Sequence record: MH051335.1 | From: Escherichia phage vB_EcoM-Ro157lw | Length of the DNA stretch: 64,000 nt | Direction: 5' to 3' (one strand) | Shown here: positions 45,942 to 55,818 of the stretch, piece after piece | Numbering within the stretch: the stretch's first letter is position 1 | How the letters are laid out: every line of letters begins with the position of its first letter | Program-made: the position numbers and the translations under genes | Notes under the pieces: generated by a model | Database searches by the model: none | Seen by the model: only the letters and a program-made list of their open reading frames with translations | What the model was told of the DNA's origin: nothing

Positions 45942-47126
45942 TTAACGCGCTTTCAAATCACGGTACACAGTCAGATTCTTCTTAGCGCGGGTAATAGCTG
46001 TATACATCATCTTGGCATACGGAACGCCGCGCAAGATTTCTTCCAGCACGCACACATTGTCCCACTCGCTGCCTTGAGATTTGTGCACCGTTATGACATA
46101 GCCATAGTCCATTCCTCCAACAGCGCGTTGGGCCTCTTTGCGCACTTCCTGATCAGTAGAGAAGGAAAGAGGATTTATCTTAACCTTTATATCTTTGCCA
46201 TCGGTAAGCGAGCGCAAATTTACATACATTATTTCATTGGACTCATCTTCATCCCTTTCAAAGTCCGGTACTGGCTCATAACTAATAACAATCCCTTGCT
46301 CGCCATTACAGAATCCTGGACCGTGTTGGTTGAATGTACAAATAACTTTCTCGCCGATTCCTGGCATTGGCGTTATACGTCCGCTCACTTGTCGCAATAA
46401 TGAATTCCATTTATCTTTAGTGCTATTATATGAGCAAATAATTTGATCATCTTCGCCCATGAATTTCTTCAGTGCGGTAACGCGCGGCGATTCAGCCAAC
46501 ACCTTTACGTCATCGTATTCACGCGGAGGAAGTCGGTTGCCCTGTCGCACGAAGAAGGAAGCGCGGATTATGTTGGACTCTTTTCCCTGCCGCATGATTT
46601 CGGTTAACAGTACGTCAACGGCATCTTCAGTAAAGTAGGCGGCGGCTTTTACCGGAGGGACTTGCCCAATGTCGCCTAATGCCAGCACAGGGATGCGGTG
46701 ATCAAGAAGGCGCTCTGTGTCCCACTCGCCAACCATTGAAGCTTCATCAAGGACTACAAGATGCGGCTTTTCGTCCAGCTTTGACTTTCTCGAAAATATT
46801 GGCTCATTGTCGTCATTTACGCCGCGAACGTTATAGATGAACTGGTGAAGGGTCTTCGCGCCACGACACCCTTTCTGCTTCAATCGGCTGGCGGCCTTTC
46901 CGGTCGGCGCAATATAAATGGCACCGTACTCACCGACACAACGGCGCACAATCTCACGCGCAATAGAGGTTTTACCTGTTCCTGCATAGCCAGCGATGAA
47001 AAACACGCGCTTCGTCGTTTTACCGTCCTGCAATCGCTTGTACCATGCAACGGCCTTTTCGATGGCATCAATCTGTTGCGCGTTAAACTGAATCGCTGGC
47101 TCATTATTAAATTCTGGAATGTTCAT
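45942..47126 (-). CDS. SF1 DNA helicase (Dda/RecD-like)
   Basis: Walker A AGYAGTGKT, Walker B VLDEASM, VITVHKSQGSEWDNV and YTAITRAK motifs. Confidence 0.75.
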   Translation of the reverse strand: MNIPEFNNEPAIQFNAQQIDAIEKAVAWYKRLQDGKTTKRVFFIAGYAGTGKTSIAREIVRRCVGEYGAIYIAPTGKAASRLKQKGCRGAKTLHQFIYNVRGVNDDNEPIFSRKSKLDEKPHLVVLDEASMVGEWDTERLLDHRIPVLALGDIGQVPPVKAAAYFTEDAVDVLLTEIMRQGKESNIIRASFFVRQGNRLPPREYDDVKVLAESPRVTALKKFMGEDDQIICSYNSTKDKWNSLLRQVSGRITPMPGIGEKVICTFNQHGPGFCNGEQGIVISYEPVPDFERDEDESNEIMYVNLRSLTDGKDIKVKINPLSFSTDQEVRKEAQRAVGGMDYGYVITVHKSQGSEWDNVCVLEEILRGVPYAKMMYTAITRAKKNLTVYRDLKAR

Positions 47127-47452
47127 TATAACTCCACTACGCTTTCAAGGTCCAGATATACTGGAATAAAATGGCAATCTTCTTTTCGTTCAAACATCTC
47201 ACCGTCAACGTGACTGAAGAAAACAGTCGTGTTTGGTATCTTCCACCCTTGCTCGTCTCGCACCAGGTACGCCATGGATTCAACAGGGATGTAAAGCGAT
47301 ACCGGATTTGCGGCAAAGATGAATTTGATTCTGTCTGGTTGACCCAGGAATCGCATAATTGTAAGACTTGAATTCAGTCTTGTATTAAGGAAGGACTCAA
47401 CGATGCCGACGTGTGTTGCACGTTCGCGTTGCTTCGTATCTTTTTCGTTCAT
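47126..47452 (-). CDS. hypothetical protein (108 aa)
   Basis: First gene of the minus-strand operon; promoter region upstream. Confidence 0.4.
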   Translation of the reverse strand: MNEKDTKQRERATHVGIVESFLNTRLNSSLTIMRFLGQPDRIKFIFAANPVSLYIPVESMAYLVRDEQGWKIPNTTVFFSHVDGEMFERKEDCHFIPVYLDLESVVEL

Positions 47453-47555
47453 TTCAGGCGACCTTTGTTAGTGCGGAAATATTTTTTGATAGTATAATTG
47501 CAGATATAGTATAAAGCAAAGTAAATCGAAATTGTGAACTAAATGGTAAATATTG

Positions 47556-47583
47556 TTGACTTTGCATCACTCAATATTATACT
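47556..47583 (+). promoter_or_regulatory. sigma70-like promoter (TTGACT-16 nt-TATACT) for the plus-strand early operon
   Basis: Near-consensus hexamers read directly; RBS GGAAAGAAAG then ATG 47613. Confidence 0.45.
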
Positions 47584-47612
47584 GCAGGTATTGATCACCG
47601 AAGGAAAGAAAG

Positions 47613-48695
47613 ATGGCTAGTTTAAGAGAAGAAGCAAAAATAATCGAAGAGTTTTTGACGGAACTCCAAAGAGGCATTCCAGAAGATGAACGCGTCATGA
47701 CCGTGTTTGCGCCTGAAGCAACGGTGCAGACCGACGAGCGCGGCAAAAAGATTAACAGCAGCTTCTGGCCTAAGCCTTGGAAGCTTGGCAAGCCGCTGAT
47801 GCAACATCAGAACGGTTACGCCTGCATAAGTTCAATGCGTAAGTCTCCCAACCCAAAGACAGGCGAGATGCGATACTGGCGCACGGAATCGGCTTTCGGT
47901 CATGGCATGGCGATGATGGTCGACGACATCGGACACGGTAAAGGGTCAAAGGGCGATTTAGATTTGGAGTTCTTTTTCGAGCGCCTAAAACCAACCGTCA
48001 TCGTCGAGACTTCGCCGAACAACCATCAGCTGTGGTACTTCTTTAAAGAACCGATTGACCATCTTATTCAGTTCAAAGCATTCCTTGGGTCTTTCGTAAA
48101 CATGGTACTCAAGAAGGGCGGCGACAACACGATTAAAGACGTGACGCGCGTGGGCCGTGTTCCTGGGTGCATCAACAACAAGCGTGTGACTCACGACGGC
48201 CCCTATAAATATGTCGATGAGAACGGCGACCCGTTCCGCTGCCGACTTGTCCATGCAGACTATTCCTTGCGCTACACAATCGAAGAGATTTGCCAAGCCT
48301 TCGGTTTCCACGTCGTTATGCCGCAAAAGCGTGAAATTCAAATCGACGTTGACGAATACAAATATGACGCTGTTTGGTATAAGATAGCCCAGCAAATCCT
48401 TGCGCGCAATAAGATGGGCGAAGGGTCAGATGGCGATGTGGTTGAAAACATGTCAGGTAAATGTCGCATCATCTGTCCTTGGGGTGAAGAGCACACCAAC
48501 GGCGACCCATACGGCGCTTATTTTCGCGGCCCAATCCCTGGCGCTGAACATGAATTCGTTTTCGGTTGCGCTCACGACTGTCACCGGAAAGGGGAAGGCA
48601 AGAAAGGATGGACCGCTTTTGTTGAAGCAGTAGTCATGCCTTATATTGAGAATCAACTTGATATGATAAATCGTCGCGCAGGTGGCATAAAATAG
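47613..48695 (+). CDS. putative primase-polymerase (AEP-like) with C-terminal Cys/His zinc-binding cluster
   Basis: Acidic MMVDDIGHG segment, C-terminal CRIICPWGEEH...FGCAHDCH cluster, paired downstream with VirE/D5-like NTPase. Confidence 0.45.
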   Translation: MASLREEAKIIEEFLTELQRGIPEDERVMTVFAPEATVQTDERGKKINSSFWPKPWKLGKPLMQHQNGYACISSMRKSPNPKTGEMRYWRTESAFGHGMAMMVDDIGHGKGSKGDLDLEFFFERLKPTVIVETSPNNHQLWYFFKEPIDHLIQFKAFLGSFVNMVLKKGGDNTIKDVTRVGRVPGCINNKRVTHDGPYKYVDENGDPFRCRLVHADYSLRYTIEEICQAFGFHVVMPQKREIQIDVDEYKYDAVWYKIAQQILARNKMGEGSDGDVVENMSGKCRIICPWGEEHTNGDPYGAYFRGPIPGAEHEFVFGCAHDCHRKGEGKKGWTAFVEAVVMPYIENQLDMINRRAGGIK

Positions 48696-48753
48696 TTTGC
48701 TTTTATTTTTCTAGCAACTATAATCATTTTATGAACTGAAGCAGAGGTTATTT

Positions 48754-48900
48754 ATGCAAAGCGAAGAATTGAACATCGAGCTTGAAGGTCTGTTAAATTC
48801 GTTAGAACCTAAGCACGTAGAGCTTCCCACCCTTGAAGGTGTCATGGCTCACCACCAATCGGCTGCGGCCAAACAATACTCTGAATTTGTTAAGGAATAA
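48754..48900 (+). CDS. small hypothetical protein (48 aa)
   Basis: ATG with RBS GAGGT; below ORF-track cutoff. Confidence 0.3.
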   Translation: MQSEELNIELEGLLNSLEPKHVELPTLEGVMAHHQSAAAKQYSEFVKE

Positions 48901-48902
48901 AA

Positions 48903-49193
48903 ATGAACGAACCAAAAATGATGACCACTGAAGAAGCGCAAAAACTTCGCGTGGAGAACGAGCTGAAGCTTGTCAATGAAATTCTTCCTCTGTTTAAAGG
49001 CTATGCGGTTGAAGAAGTTGTTGGCGCAATCCTTAATGTTTCGACTCACGTGGCGATGAATCTGAATGCAGAGCGTTTCAATACTTTGCTGACGATTAAC
49101 AACTTCACTGTCAGTGCAACGTTTACCGTTGAGCCAGTGAATTTTGAAGAAGCTGCAGCCGCGATTCAACAACGGCGAGATCAAGAGGTGTAG
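48903..49193 (+). CDS. hypothetical protein (96 aa)
   Basis: ORF in early operon. Confidence 0.4.
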   Translation: MNEPKMMTTEEAQKLRVENELKLVNEILPLFKGYAVEEVVGAILNVSTHVAMNLNAERFNTLLTINNFTVSATFTVEPVNFEEAAAAIQQRRDQEV

Positions 49194-49194
49194 C

Positions 49195-49458
49195 ATGGGT
49201 GCTTTCCGCAACGAGTTTGTTTGGAACGTCACAAGCAGTCTTTCGACTTGTCCTAACTGTGCAAGCGATGTGATCAAGGTGCGGCAGCATCGCAATGCAG
49301 AGGAAGGTGCCTGGGAGGACGGCGACCTTGTAGAGTGCCAGTGTTGCTCTCACGAAGGCGTGGTGGAGCTTTACGCCGGAGAAGGTTGTCCACCAGCAGA
49401 ACGTACAGCACGCGTTGAATGGGATGCGACAGACTCCATCGGTGATCCTCAACAGTAA
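49195..49458 (+). CDS. small zinc-ribbon-like protein (two CxxC pairs)
   Basis: CPNC ... CQCC spacing; RBS AAGAGGTG. Confidence 0.4.
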   Translation: MGAFRNEFVWNVTSSLSTCPNCASDVIKVRQHRNAEEGAWEDGDLVECQCCSHEGVVELYAGEGCPPAERTARVEWDATDSIGDPQQ

Positions 49459-49470
49459 ATTTAGGTATAG

Positions 49471-49581
49471 ATGCATATGAAAGCCGTAAAGAAATACACA
49501 TTAATCATTTCCCTTGTTATCATCCTGGGGCTATTATATGTATTGGATATGGCATATTATTTGGCAGGGGTGAGTAAATGA
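49471..49581 (+). CDS. small hydrophobic peptide (36 aa)
   Basis: Single hydrophobic helix LIISLVIILGLLYVL; overlaps next start (ATGA). Confidence 0.25.
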   Translation: MHMKAVKKYTLIISLVIILGLLYVLDMAYYLAGVSK

Positions 49582-49868
49582 ATATTGTAATTCTTTATGG
49601 TGAGAATATCAGCGATGACGACATCGAAGTTGCCGTTGATGTTTACGGTATCGATGAGGTGAAACGTGTTGAAGAAATTAATGGCTCAAATCTTAATGAG
49701 ATTGCCAAAGAAGCTGGTTGCCCTTCGGAAGAGATTCTGGTGGTTACTAACGATGACCTGTCTTCTATGGATTGTTTGCGCCGCATCTTCACCGATTGCC
49801 AATACCTTCATTCTGTTCAGTCAGTAAACAAATTGAGAAAGGCATACGCTGACCAATTTCCTTGCTGA
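49578..49868 (+). CDS. hypothetical acidic protein (96 aa)
   Basis: ORF in early operon. Confidence 0.4.
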   Translation: MNIVILYGENISDDDIEVAVDVYGIDEVKRVEEINGSNLNEIAKEAGCPSEEILVVTNDDLSSMDCLRRIFTDCQYLHSVQSVNKLRKAYADQFPC

Positions 49869-49919
49869 TAGTTCACCAGTTATATTGCTTTAAACTGAGT
49901 TTTACTATATTAATATACA

Positions 49920-49944
49920 ACGCCAGATTTCTGGCGTTTATTTA
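49920..49944 (+). terminator. intrinsic terminator (ACGCCAG-ATTT-CTGGCGT then TTTATTT)
   Basis: 7-bp stem, 4-nt loop and U-tract read directly. Confidence 0.5.
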
Positions 49945-50004
49945 CCGCACCCTGAAAGGATATATCCATGCAACAATATAACAAAGCCGTATCAGGAGGA
50001 TTAA

Positions 50005-51675
50005 ATGTCAATTGAACATGACAATCTTCCAGAGGATACAGGTGATGAATTTGGTGCAATCTTTGACGAAATTCAAGACGCTGGTGTTTCAGAAGAGATG
50101 CAAGCGGCAGAGCAGCAAGGCACCAGAGCTAAAATCAGCCTCCAGCATAAGGCTGTTGAGAAAGATGCAGAGCGCATGGAGTGCTACGGTGAAGAAGACT
50201 TGGTTGAAAGAGCACGTTTGCTCGCCTCACTTCAGGTAATCAAGTTCCCTCACTACAAACCGACGAAAGATGATTTTGTTCTTCAGGCGGACCGGACGAG
50301 TGACATGAACCGTTATGCGGTTTTCGACGCGTTGTTTGATAAGGGAAGCGGCATTGTCCCATTCCCTCACAAAGATACTTTTCGTGGACGCTTAGTCGAC
50401 CATCGCGGCGAAACATTCACCGACCGGACGTTGGAAGTCACAGAGATAGTTGCCGCTGTAGACGCAGCAGGTCTGTCCAACCCAAACTCACGTCAGGTCG
50501 CTCAATCCTATAAGGAATGGGCTATGCGTTATCAGCGCGACGACCTGATGGACTTCTTCTACAAGAAGCTGCCTGAATGGGACGGTACTGCGCGCATTGA
50601 AAAATACCTTATCGAGCTATTCCGACCGTTCGATACAGAGTTAAACCGACAAATCGGTGTGTATTTTTGGCTATCGCTCTATAACCGCCTGACCAATCCT
50701 GGCTGTCAAGCGCCAATCTCCATTGCGCTCATCGGCGGCCAGAACGCAGGGAAGAGTTATTTTAGTAAGCTGCTTTGCGAAGCTATTATGAACGACCGCC
50801 ACGCAACACCGATTCCGTTGAACTTGGCCGCGCAGAACTTCAACCCGTTCTTGCGAGCTATTACGGGTCGCTCAATTATCGCGAACGTTGGTGAGATGAC
50901 AGGCTTTAAAAAGGCCGACATCGAAAACATGAAAGCATTCCTGACTAAGACGGAAGATGACCTGGACTTCAAATTTGAAGATACGCAGGTTAAACCACGC
51001 CAGTGGATTGCTATCATGGACGGCAACGAATACGCAGGCATGCAGCGTGACGATACGGGCAACCGTCGTGTGTATCCTATCTTTGTTGGCCAACTCGCCG
51101 ACAAGGACGGGCAACCGAACTGGTCGAAAGACTTCCAAGCTGACCTTTCCACTTTGAAAGAAGACGTTTGGCAACTGATGGCTGAGTGTGCTGCGTGGAT
51201 GGAGAAGCACGGCGAAGCAGGTTACAACGCGTTTGTCGGTGAAACATCTCGCATGCTTACTGAGTTCAGCAAGAACGAAATGGAACGCGCTCGCGGCGTT
51301 ATCCGTGATGAGATGGTCGACAACGACCTTGTTGAAGTCGTCATCACCGCGCCTTATGACCGACATCACAGCGGACGCTGGCACATCACCAGTGGTGCAA
51401 TCGCTATGGGATTCAGAGCTAAGTGCGGCAAGTCGCCTTTCTCACGTACCCTTGCGCCGCACATGTCGAAGCTTGGATTTGAGCCTGCAACCTATCGCAA
51501 CCAGCGTGGCTACTTTACGCCGCTGATTAAGAATGAAGCAGGGGAATACATTTCTGACTTGATGACTATCTTAGCGTATCTTATCCGCGACGAGTCTGAC
51601 CCTGAAGATATTGAATTCTTGAAGAAGGTTATTGAACGCAAACGTTCTTTAGGAAGAGATAAGGATGAATTCTGA
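50005..51675 (+). CDS. VirE/D5-like P-loop NTPase (primase-associated helicase)
   Basis: Walker A LIGGQNAGKS; 556 aa; shortly downstream of the primase-polymerase candidate. Confidence 0.6.
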   Translation: MSIEHDNLPEDTGDEFGAIFDEIQDAGVSEEMQAAEQQGTRAKISLQHKAVEKDAERMECYGEEDLVERARLLASLQVIKFPHYKPTKDDFVLQADRTSDMNRYAVFDALFDKGSGIVPFPHKDTFRGRLVDHRGETFTDRTLEVTEIVAAVDAAGLSNPNSRQVAQSYKEWAMRYQRDDLMDFFYKKLPEWDGTARIEKYLIELFRPFDTELNRQIGVYFWLSLYNRLTNPGCQAPISIALIGGQNAGKSYFSKLLCEAIMNDRHATPIPLNLAAQNFNPFLRAITGRSIIANVGEMTGFKKADIENMKAFLTKTEDDLDFKFEDTQVKPRQWIAIMDGNEYAGMQRDDTGNRRVYPIFVGQLADKDGQPNWSKDFQADLSTLKEDVWQLMAECAAWMEKHGEAGYNAFVGETSRMLTEFSKNEMERARGVIRDEMVDNDLVEVVITAPYDRHHSGRWHITSGAIAMGFRAKCGKSPFSRTLAPHMSKLGFEPATYRNQRGYFTPLIKNEAGEYISDLMTILAYLIRDESDPEDIEFLKKVIERKRSLGRDKDEF

Positions 51676-52322
51676 TGAATAAAGCAATCAACATCGCTAA
51701 ATTCTTTCAACATCTTGGTGAACTGAACAAAGAGAGTGACGTTCACGGAGAAGAAATGAACCGGATGATTTCAACCGTGTTGCGTGGTTTTGGTTACGAT
51801 AAGGACTCCATCAACTGTAAGCGCACGAAGCTTGTCGATGAGACATACCTTTACTATGTTGAATTGCGCGTAGGCAAAGATTTGATGATCATCGACCCAA
51901 AACTGGAAGGGGCGCACTGCTTTGGTGCTCACCCTCGTGCGAGTGAATTCAAGGGTCGCGGTCGCAACCGACTCCAGAAGCTTGATGATGCAGGCGACCT
52001 GAACATCTCGATGTTCCTCAAAGAGTTCCTTGCTCTGCCGAAGGTTGCATCTTCAACGGGCCGTGATGACCTGTGCAAGATTGGATTCAGAACTAAAGAT
52101 TTGCGCAATGCGCTACGCAAGAAGGGATTTGTGCCTTCTTATGATAACGTCGCCGCGCTGATGGCTTCCATGGAGGAAGCTGAAGCAATGGACAAGGTGC
52201 GCGGCTATTTCCTGAATACAGGCTACACAATGTATGAGTGGCACACCAAAGGATTGACGGTCGCCGACTTCATCTATTCATTAGAGCAGAAGTATGTACG
52301 CAATATGCAGGCCACAGGATAA
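51675..52322 (+). CDS. hypothetical protein (215 aa)
   Basis: ORF with overlapping start. Confidence 0.45.
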   Translation: MNKAINIAKFFQHLGELNKESDVHGEEMNRMISTVLRGFGYDKDSINCKRTKLVDETYLYYVELRVGKDLMIIDPKLEGAHCFGAHPRASEFKGRGRNRLQKLDDAGDLNISMFLKEFLALPKVASSTGRDDLCKIGFRTKDLRNALRKKGFVPSYDNVAALMASMEEAEAMDKVRGYFLNTGYTMYEWHTKGLTVADFIYSLEQKYVRNMQATG

Positions 52323-52361
52323 TTATCATCAAAATATTTGCTTTTCTGACGAGGTGATATT

Positions 52362-52586
52362 ATGATTAATTTAGACAGGATTGAGTTAGCACTTAGTACC
52401 TTAATCAAATATTACCAGTTTGCTTTTAAGGCTAGTTTGTTTGGCTTGTTCAATCCTCATCAAGCAGCAAAGGCGCGAAGCAATGCAAACCGTCTTCGCT
52501 GTGCTGGTATAGTCATCCACGACCGGATATTGACAGAGGGTAGATTCAGCCATGAATACACAAGGGAGAATAACAAAGCAACGTAG
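52362..52586 (+). CDS. hypothetical protein (74 aa)
   Basis: RBS GAGGTG before ATG. Confidence 0.35.
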   Translation: MINLDRIELALSTLIKYYQFAFKASLFGLFNPHQAAKARSNANRLRCAGIVIHDRILTEGRFSHEYTRENNKAT

Positions 52587-52757
52587 AGCTTTACAAGTTC
52601 TCATCCACTACCTGACACGCCTTTATCCAACGGCGCACGAGCAGAATCCATCAACGGGTCACCTGTTTAAGCGCCGTAACCTTTCGTTGAAAACATTCGC
52701 TTTAATCCAATACGACCGCTACCTGGACGGGCGCTACTGCGGCCCGAAGGACTCACT

Positions 52758-53036
52758 ATGATTACTACATACAAAGTGTTCTTTGTCAAGTGCACGTCAT
52801 CGATTGATGACCAGTTTACTGCTGGAAAGAATTATCCCGTGATTTCTGAGTCAAGAATAGATATAATCTTGAACGATCATGAAATCTATGAGCCGATGCC
52901 AGCGACTGCGTTTGATGTTATCGGTCACGTTCGGATTAAGACGAATGTTGAAACGATGCATGACCCGTTGTTCAAGAAGCAAATTAAGAATGCCATGCAG
53001 GACTTTTGCGCGGCTATGTTTAAATACTATAAGTGA
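52758..53036 (+). CDS. hypothetical protein (92 aa)
   Basis: ORF in early operon. Confidence 0.4.
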   Translation: MITTYKVFFVKCTSSIDDQFTAGKNYPVISESRIDIILNDHEIYEPMPATAFDVIGHVRIKTNVETMHDPLFKKQIKNAMQDFCAAMFKYYK

Positions 53037-53043
53037 GTTGAAG

Positions 53044-53265
53044 ATGAGAAAGAAAACTCTTAAGGCTGGGGACCGCATCCGTTGGATGTCAGGACAGAAT
53101 ATGCGCGCAGGCACCATCCTTGAGCTGGATCAATACCTTACTGATTCGCGTGGTCGCAATCACTATCGCGTTCGAATCGATACGGTAAAAGAAGATGACA
53201 AGTCAATTGTTGGTGAAGTGGTCATCGTTACTCCACATCAAATTAAGGCGGCTTGTGAAGCATGA
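53044..53265 (+). CDS. hypothetical protein (73 aa)
   Basis: ATG 53044 directly after the upstream stop. Confidence 0.4.
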   Translation: MRKKTLKAGDRIRWMSGQNMRAGTILELDQYLTDSRGRNHYRVRIDTVKEDDKSIVGEVVIVTPHQIKAACEA

Positions 53266-53525
53266 ACAGCAAATTCGGAATCAAAGATAAATGCCAATTA
53301 CTTTTTGAAATGAGAGTTGCTGAGAAAGAGCGTTTAGATTTTGAAGCAGAATTGAGAGAAGAGGAAGAGATGAATAAATTTCAGTTCAACGATAAAAAGA
53401 TCAGTAAAGCAGACGCAATCAAGCAGCTTCGCCGCGTACTTGAAGCCAGCGGCCATACGAAAGAGCGTGCACGCGTCCTGGCCAAAGAACATTATAAACG
53501 TTTTGTGTCACAAATCAGAGGTTAA
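53262..53525 (+). CDS. hypothetical protein (87 aa)
   Basis: Overlapping stop/start. Confidence 0.4.
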   Translation: MNSKFGIKDKCQLLFEMRVAEKERLDFEAELREEEEMNKFQFNDKKISKADAIKQLRRVLEASGHTKERARVLAKEHYKRFVSQIRG

Positions 53526-53527
53526 TT

Positions 53528-54019
53528 ATGATCATCCATCGCCCTTTAATGTTAAACAGAGAAGAGTGTGAAGAAATTTTACACGCATTGAGACGTGCAG
53601 AGGCAGATGTCAACATTCGTGTAAAGGTAAGAAACTTTATCATGAATGAGTTTAAAAGTGATGATGTTGGCTATGCCATCGATGAATTACTGAAGCGAAA
53701 CGTCAAGGGTGCAACAAGACCTATTCACCATCAATCACGTTGCGTAAGAGTTCCTATTCAAACTTATGTTGATAAAAAGCCGCGCCTTAAGCCAATTGAC
53801 ATATTTGACATCAAGAACGGCGACTCAATCATAAGCAAGGACGCGGAAGAGGGCGCAATTCCTATTAATGGCCGGGTGATTTACGTGTCGCACGATGCTG
53901 ACCAGACTTTAATTCAATGGGTAAGGTTTGATAAAACTGCCGGCGGCAAGTATCGCTACTATGGCGATGAGCGATTCACCACTAAATTCTATAAGGTACT
54001 CGATCATGGCTCATGTTAA
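53528..54019 (+). CDS. hypothetical protein (163 aa)
   Basis: ORF in early operon. Confidence 0.45.
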   Translation: MIIHRPLMLNREECEEILHALRRAEADVNIRVKVRNFIMNEFKSDDVGYAIDELLKRNVKGATRPIHHQSRCVRVPIQTYVDKKPRLKPIDIFDIKNGDSIISKDAEEGAIPINGRVIYVSHDADQTLIQWVRFDKTAGGKYRYYGDERFTTKFYKVLDHGSC

Positions 54020-54353
54020 AGATGAAACGCTGTATGGCGCAGAGATTAAGAAGCGCGTGCGTGAGATGGCTGAAGGCGGTACGTTGATACCGTCGCGAGT
54101 CCGTTGCGACCACGTGATTGGCGTATCCGGTACGAAGGAGATGGGTGTGTTGGTAAAAGACATTCGCGTTGGGGATGTCATGGTCATCGACCGACAAGCG
54201 CGAGTCGTTATCCAGGTGCAACCGAACGATGATGAAGGATGTGTCCTATTGAAGCTGAAGAAGCTTTCATCCAGCCCAGCAAAAGCCGTCATCAAGAAGG
54301 TCTGGCCCGAAGGATTACGCAAACTCATTCGTCGACCCGTGGAAAATGTATAA
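54006..54353 (+). CDS. hypothetical protein (115 aa)
   Basis: ATG 54006 in frame of ORF 53928-54353. Confidence 0.4.
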   Translation: MAHVKDETLYGAEIKKRVREMAEGGTLIPSRVRCDHVIGVSGTKEMGVLVKDIRVGDVMVIDRQARVVIQVQPNDDEGCVLLKLKKLSSSPAKAVIKKVWPEGLRKLIRRPVENV

Positions 54354-54589
54354 TGGAAGATTATATCAATGCGATGTACATGGCATTCTATGTCGTGCAG
54401 CTTCCCAATGGCGCGGTATTTTATGGCGAGTACACCTTTGACGTTCAATATGACGTCTCAGAGCGTACAGTGTTAACAAGGGAGTTGATTGCGGACCTTA
54501 AGGACGACATCAAGCGCGTCGCGCGGCAGCAGTTCAATTTGGATGACACCGTAATTGTTCGCATCACCGGAATAACAGAGGTGCAGTGA
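54353..54589 (+). CDS. hypothetical protein (78 aa)
   Basis: TAATG stop/start overlap. Confidence 0.4.
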   Translation: MEDYINAMYMAFYVVQLPNGAVFYGEYTFDVQYDVSERTVLTRELIADLKDDIKRVARQQFNLDDTVIVRITGITEVQ

Positions 54590-54918
54590 TGACCCGTGAT
54601 CAGATACTCGCCGCGCATGAGCGTGAAAAGGTTAAAGATATTTGTAAAAGGCACAGATTATTTGCTGACTCTTACGTCTTCTTAAAGTCCTGCATCAAGC
54701 AAAACGCAAGGATGGATAACACCGTATTGACATTCAACCTTTTGTCTAACGGAGCAAAGCTTGATGCGATATGCGGATGCAGAATTGCCAGCAATAACTT
54801 CGCCCAAAGAGAGAGGAAAGATGCATTCATCTACCGATTCTCTTACCGGATTGGAGACACAAAGATAACAAGGACAAGGCACGAGATAGAGATTGACCTA
54901 CTCCACTATGTAAAATGA
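54586..54918 (+). CDS. hypothetical protein (110 aa)
   Basis: Overlapping start. Confidence 0.4.
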   Translation: MMTRDQILAAHEREKVKDICKRHRLFADSYVFLKSCIKQNARMDNTVLTFNLLSNGAKLDAICGCRIASNNFAQRERKDAFIYRFSYRIGDTKITRTRHEIEIDLLHYVK

Positions 54919-54921
54919 ATA

Positions 54922-54951
54922 TCAAAAAGGTGAGCTAAATGCTTGCCTTTT
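54922..54951 (+). repeat. 30-bp element TCAAAAAGGTGAGCTAAATGCTTGCCTTTT, copy 1
   Basis: Identical 30-mer recurs at 56462-56491; contains AAGGTGA plus ATG. Confidence 0.7.
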
Positions 54952-55003
54952 CTTTTATCAATACTTATACTCTTTTCATCAAGACTGACAAGCGAGGTGA
55001 ATT

Positions 55004-55321
55004 ATGATTTACTTAGGCATCGACAAGGAACAAGACGAGCGGTTAGGAAGCGTGTTAAACTTAGACTTGAACACAGCTGTACACACCAAGCCTTGGCCAG
55101 AGGCGCACCCCGACGTAGTTGTACCCGTTGCACCTTGGGCGCGTTACGTTGCCATTGACGATAACGGCCTTGTCCATTGTTATTCAGAAAGGCCAACGTA
55201 TTTCGAGCTTCACCGCGAATGGCTGATGACTGGATGGGCAAAGGTGCGCTGCTGCGGCGAAGTCGGTCTGGAAGGATGGGGATTCAAGGCTAGTGAATCG
55301 TGTGTCGAGGTGCAATTATGA
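55004..55321 (+). CDS. hypothetical protein (105 aa)
   Basis: RBS GAGGTG. Confidence 0.4.
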   Translation: MIYLGIDKEQDERLGSVLNLDLNTAVHTKPWPEAHPDVVVPVAPWARYVAIDDNGLVHCYSERPTYFELHREWLMTGWAKVRCCGEVGLEGWGFKASESCVEVQL

Positions 55322-55536
55322 ATGCCGCGCTGGGTAAGTTGTCTTTTAACAAGCGCAATGAGTTGCGCATGGTGTCTCGTTTTCAGTTTTTATTAAATGC
55401 TATGTCAAGCGTTGCCATAACAATGCTTCGCGCCGATTGCCCTGCTGAAAAGCGTGAGACTTTATTTGAACGTCATAAACAATTACAAAAGGCTGCGTTT
55501 AAGCTGCAGCAATACGCTATGGAGTATGCAAAATGA
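55318..55536 (+). CDS. hypothetical protein (72 aa)
   Basis: Overlapping stop/start. Confidence 0.4.
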   Translation: MNAALGKLSFNKRNELRMVSRFQFLLNAMSSVAITMLRADCPAEKRETLFERHKQLQKAAFKLQQYAMEYAK

Positions 55537-55817
55537 AGGTGCAACGCTGCCCACATTGCTTGTTAACTATGCGACTTCCTGTTGAAGAATATTTACATCA
55601 CGTTAATGTTTGTGAAGCTAATCCTGAAAATTCGACGCGTTACTATTATCACTATCACGCAGAAGCGGAAGATGGATCAGGCGCAACAGGAATCGTTACC
55701 ACGAAAGAAATGGTTATCACCAAAAAGGCGTATGAAAGCCTGCTGGATACAATAAAGGAAGTATCTGGAAAAGAAATAATCTGCATCAAATCTTTGTCTT
55801 TCTTACACGAGGTGTAA
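55533..55817 (+). CDS. small zinc-finger-like protein (CPHC...H...C)
   Basis: N-terminus MKVQRCPHCLLTMRLPVEEYLHHVNVCEANPEN; paralog of the next gene. Confidence 0.45.
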   Translation: MKVQRCPHCLLTMRLPVEEYLHHVNVCEANPENSTRYYYHYHAEAEDGSGATGIVTTKEMVITKKAYESLLDTIKEVSGKEIICIKSLSFLHEV

Positions 55818-55818
55818 A

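Noticed and set aside
52552-52761. 69-aa ORF overlapping 52362-52586 by 35 nt
   Set aside because: Weak ribosome-binding site and extensive overlap with a better-supported neighbour; cannot decide between the two without expression data.
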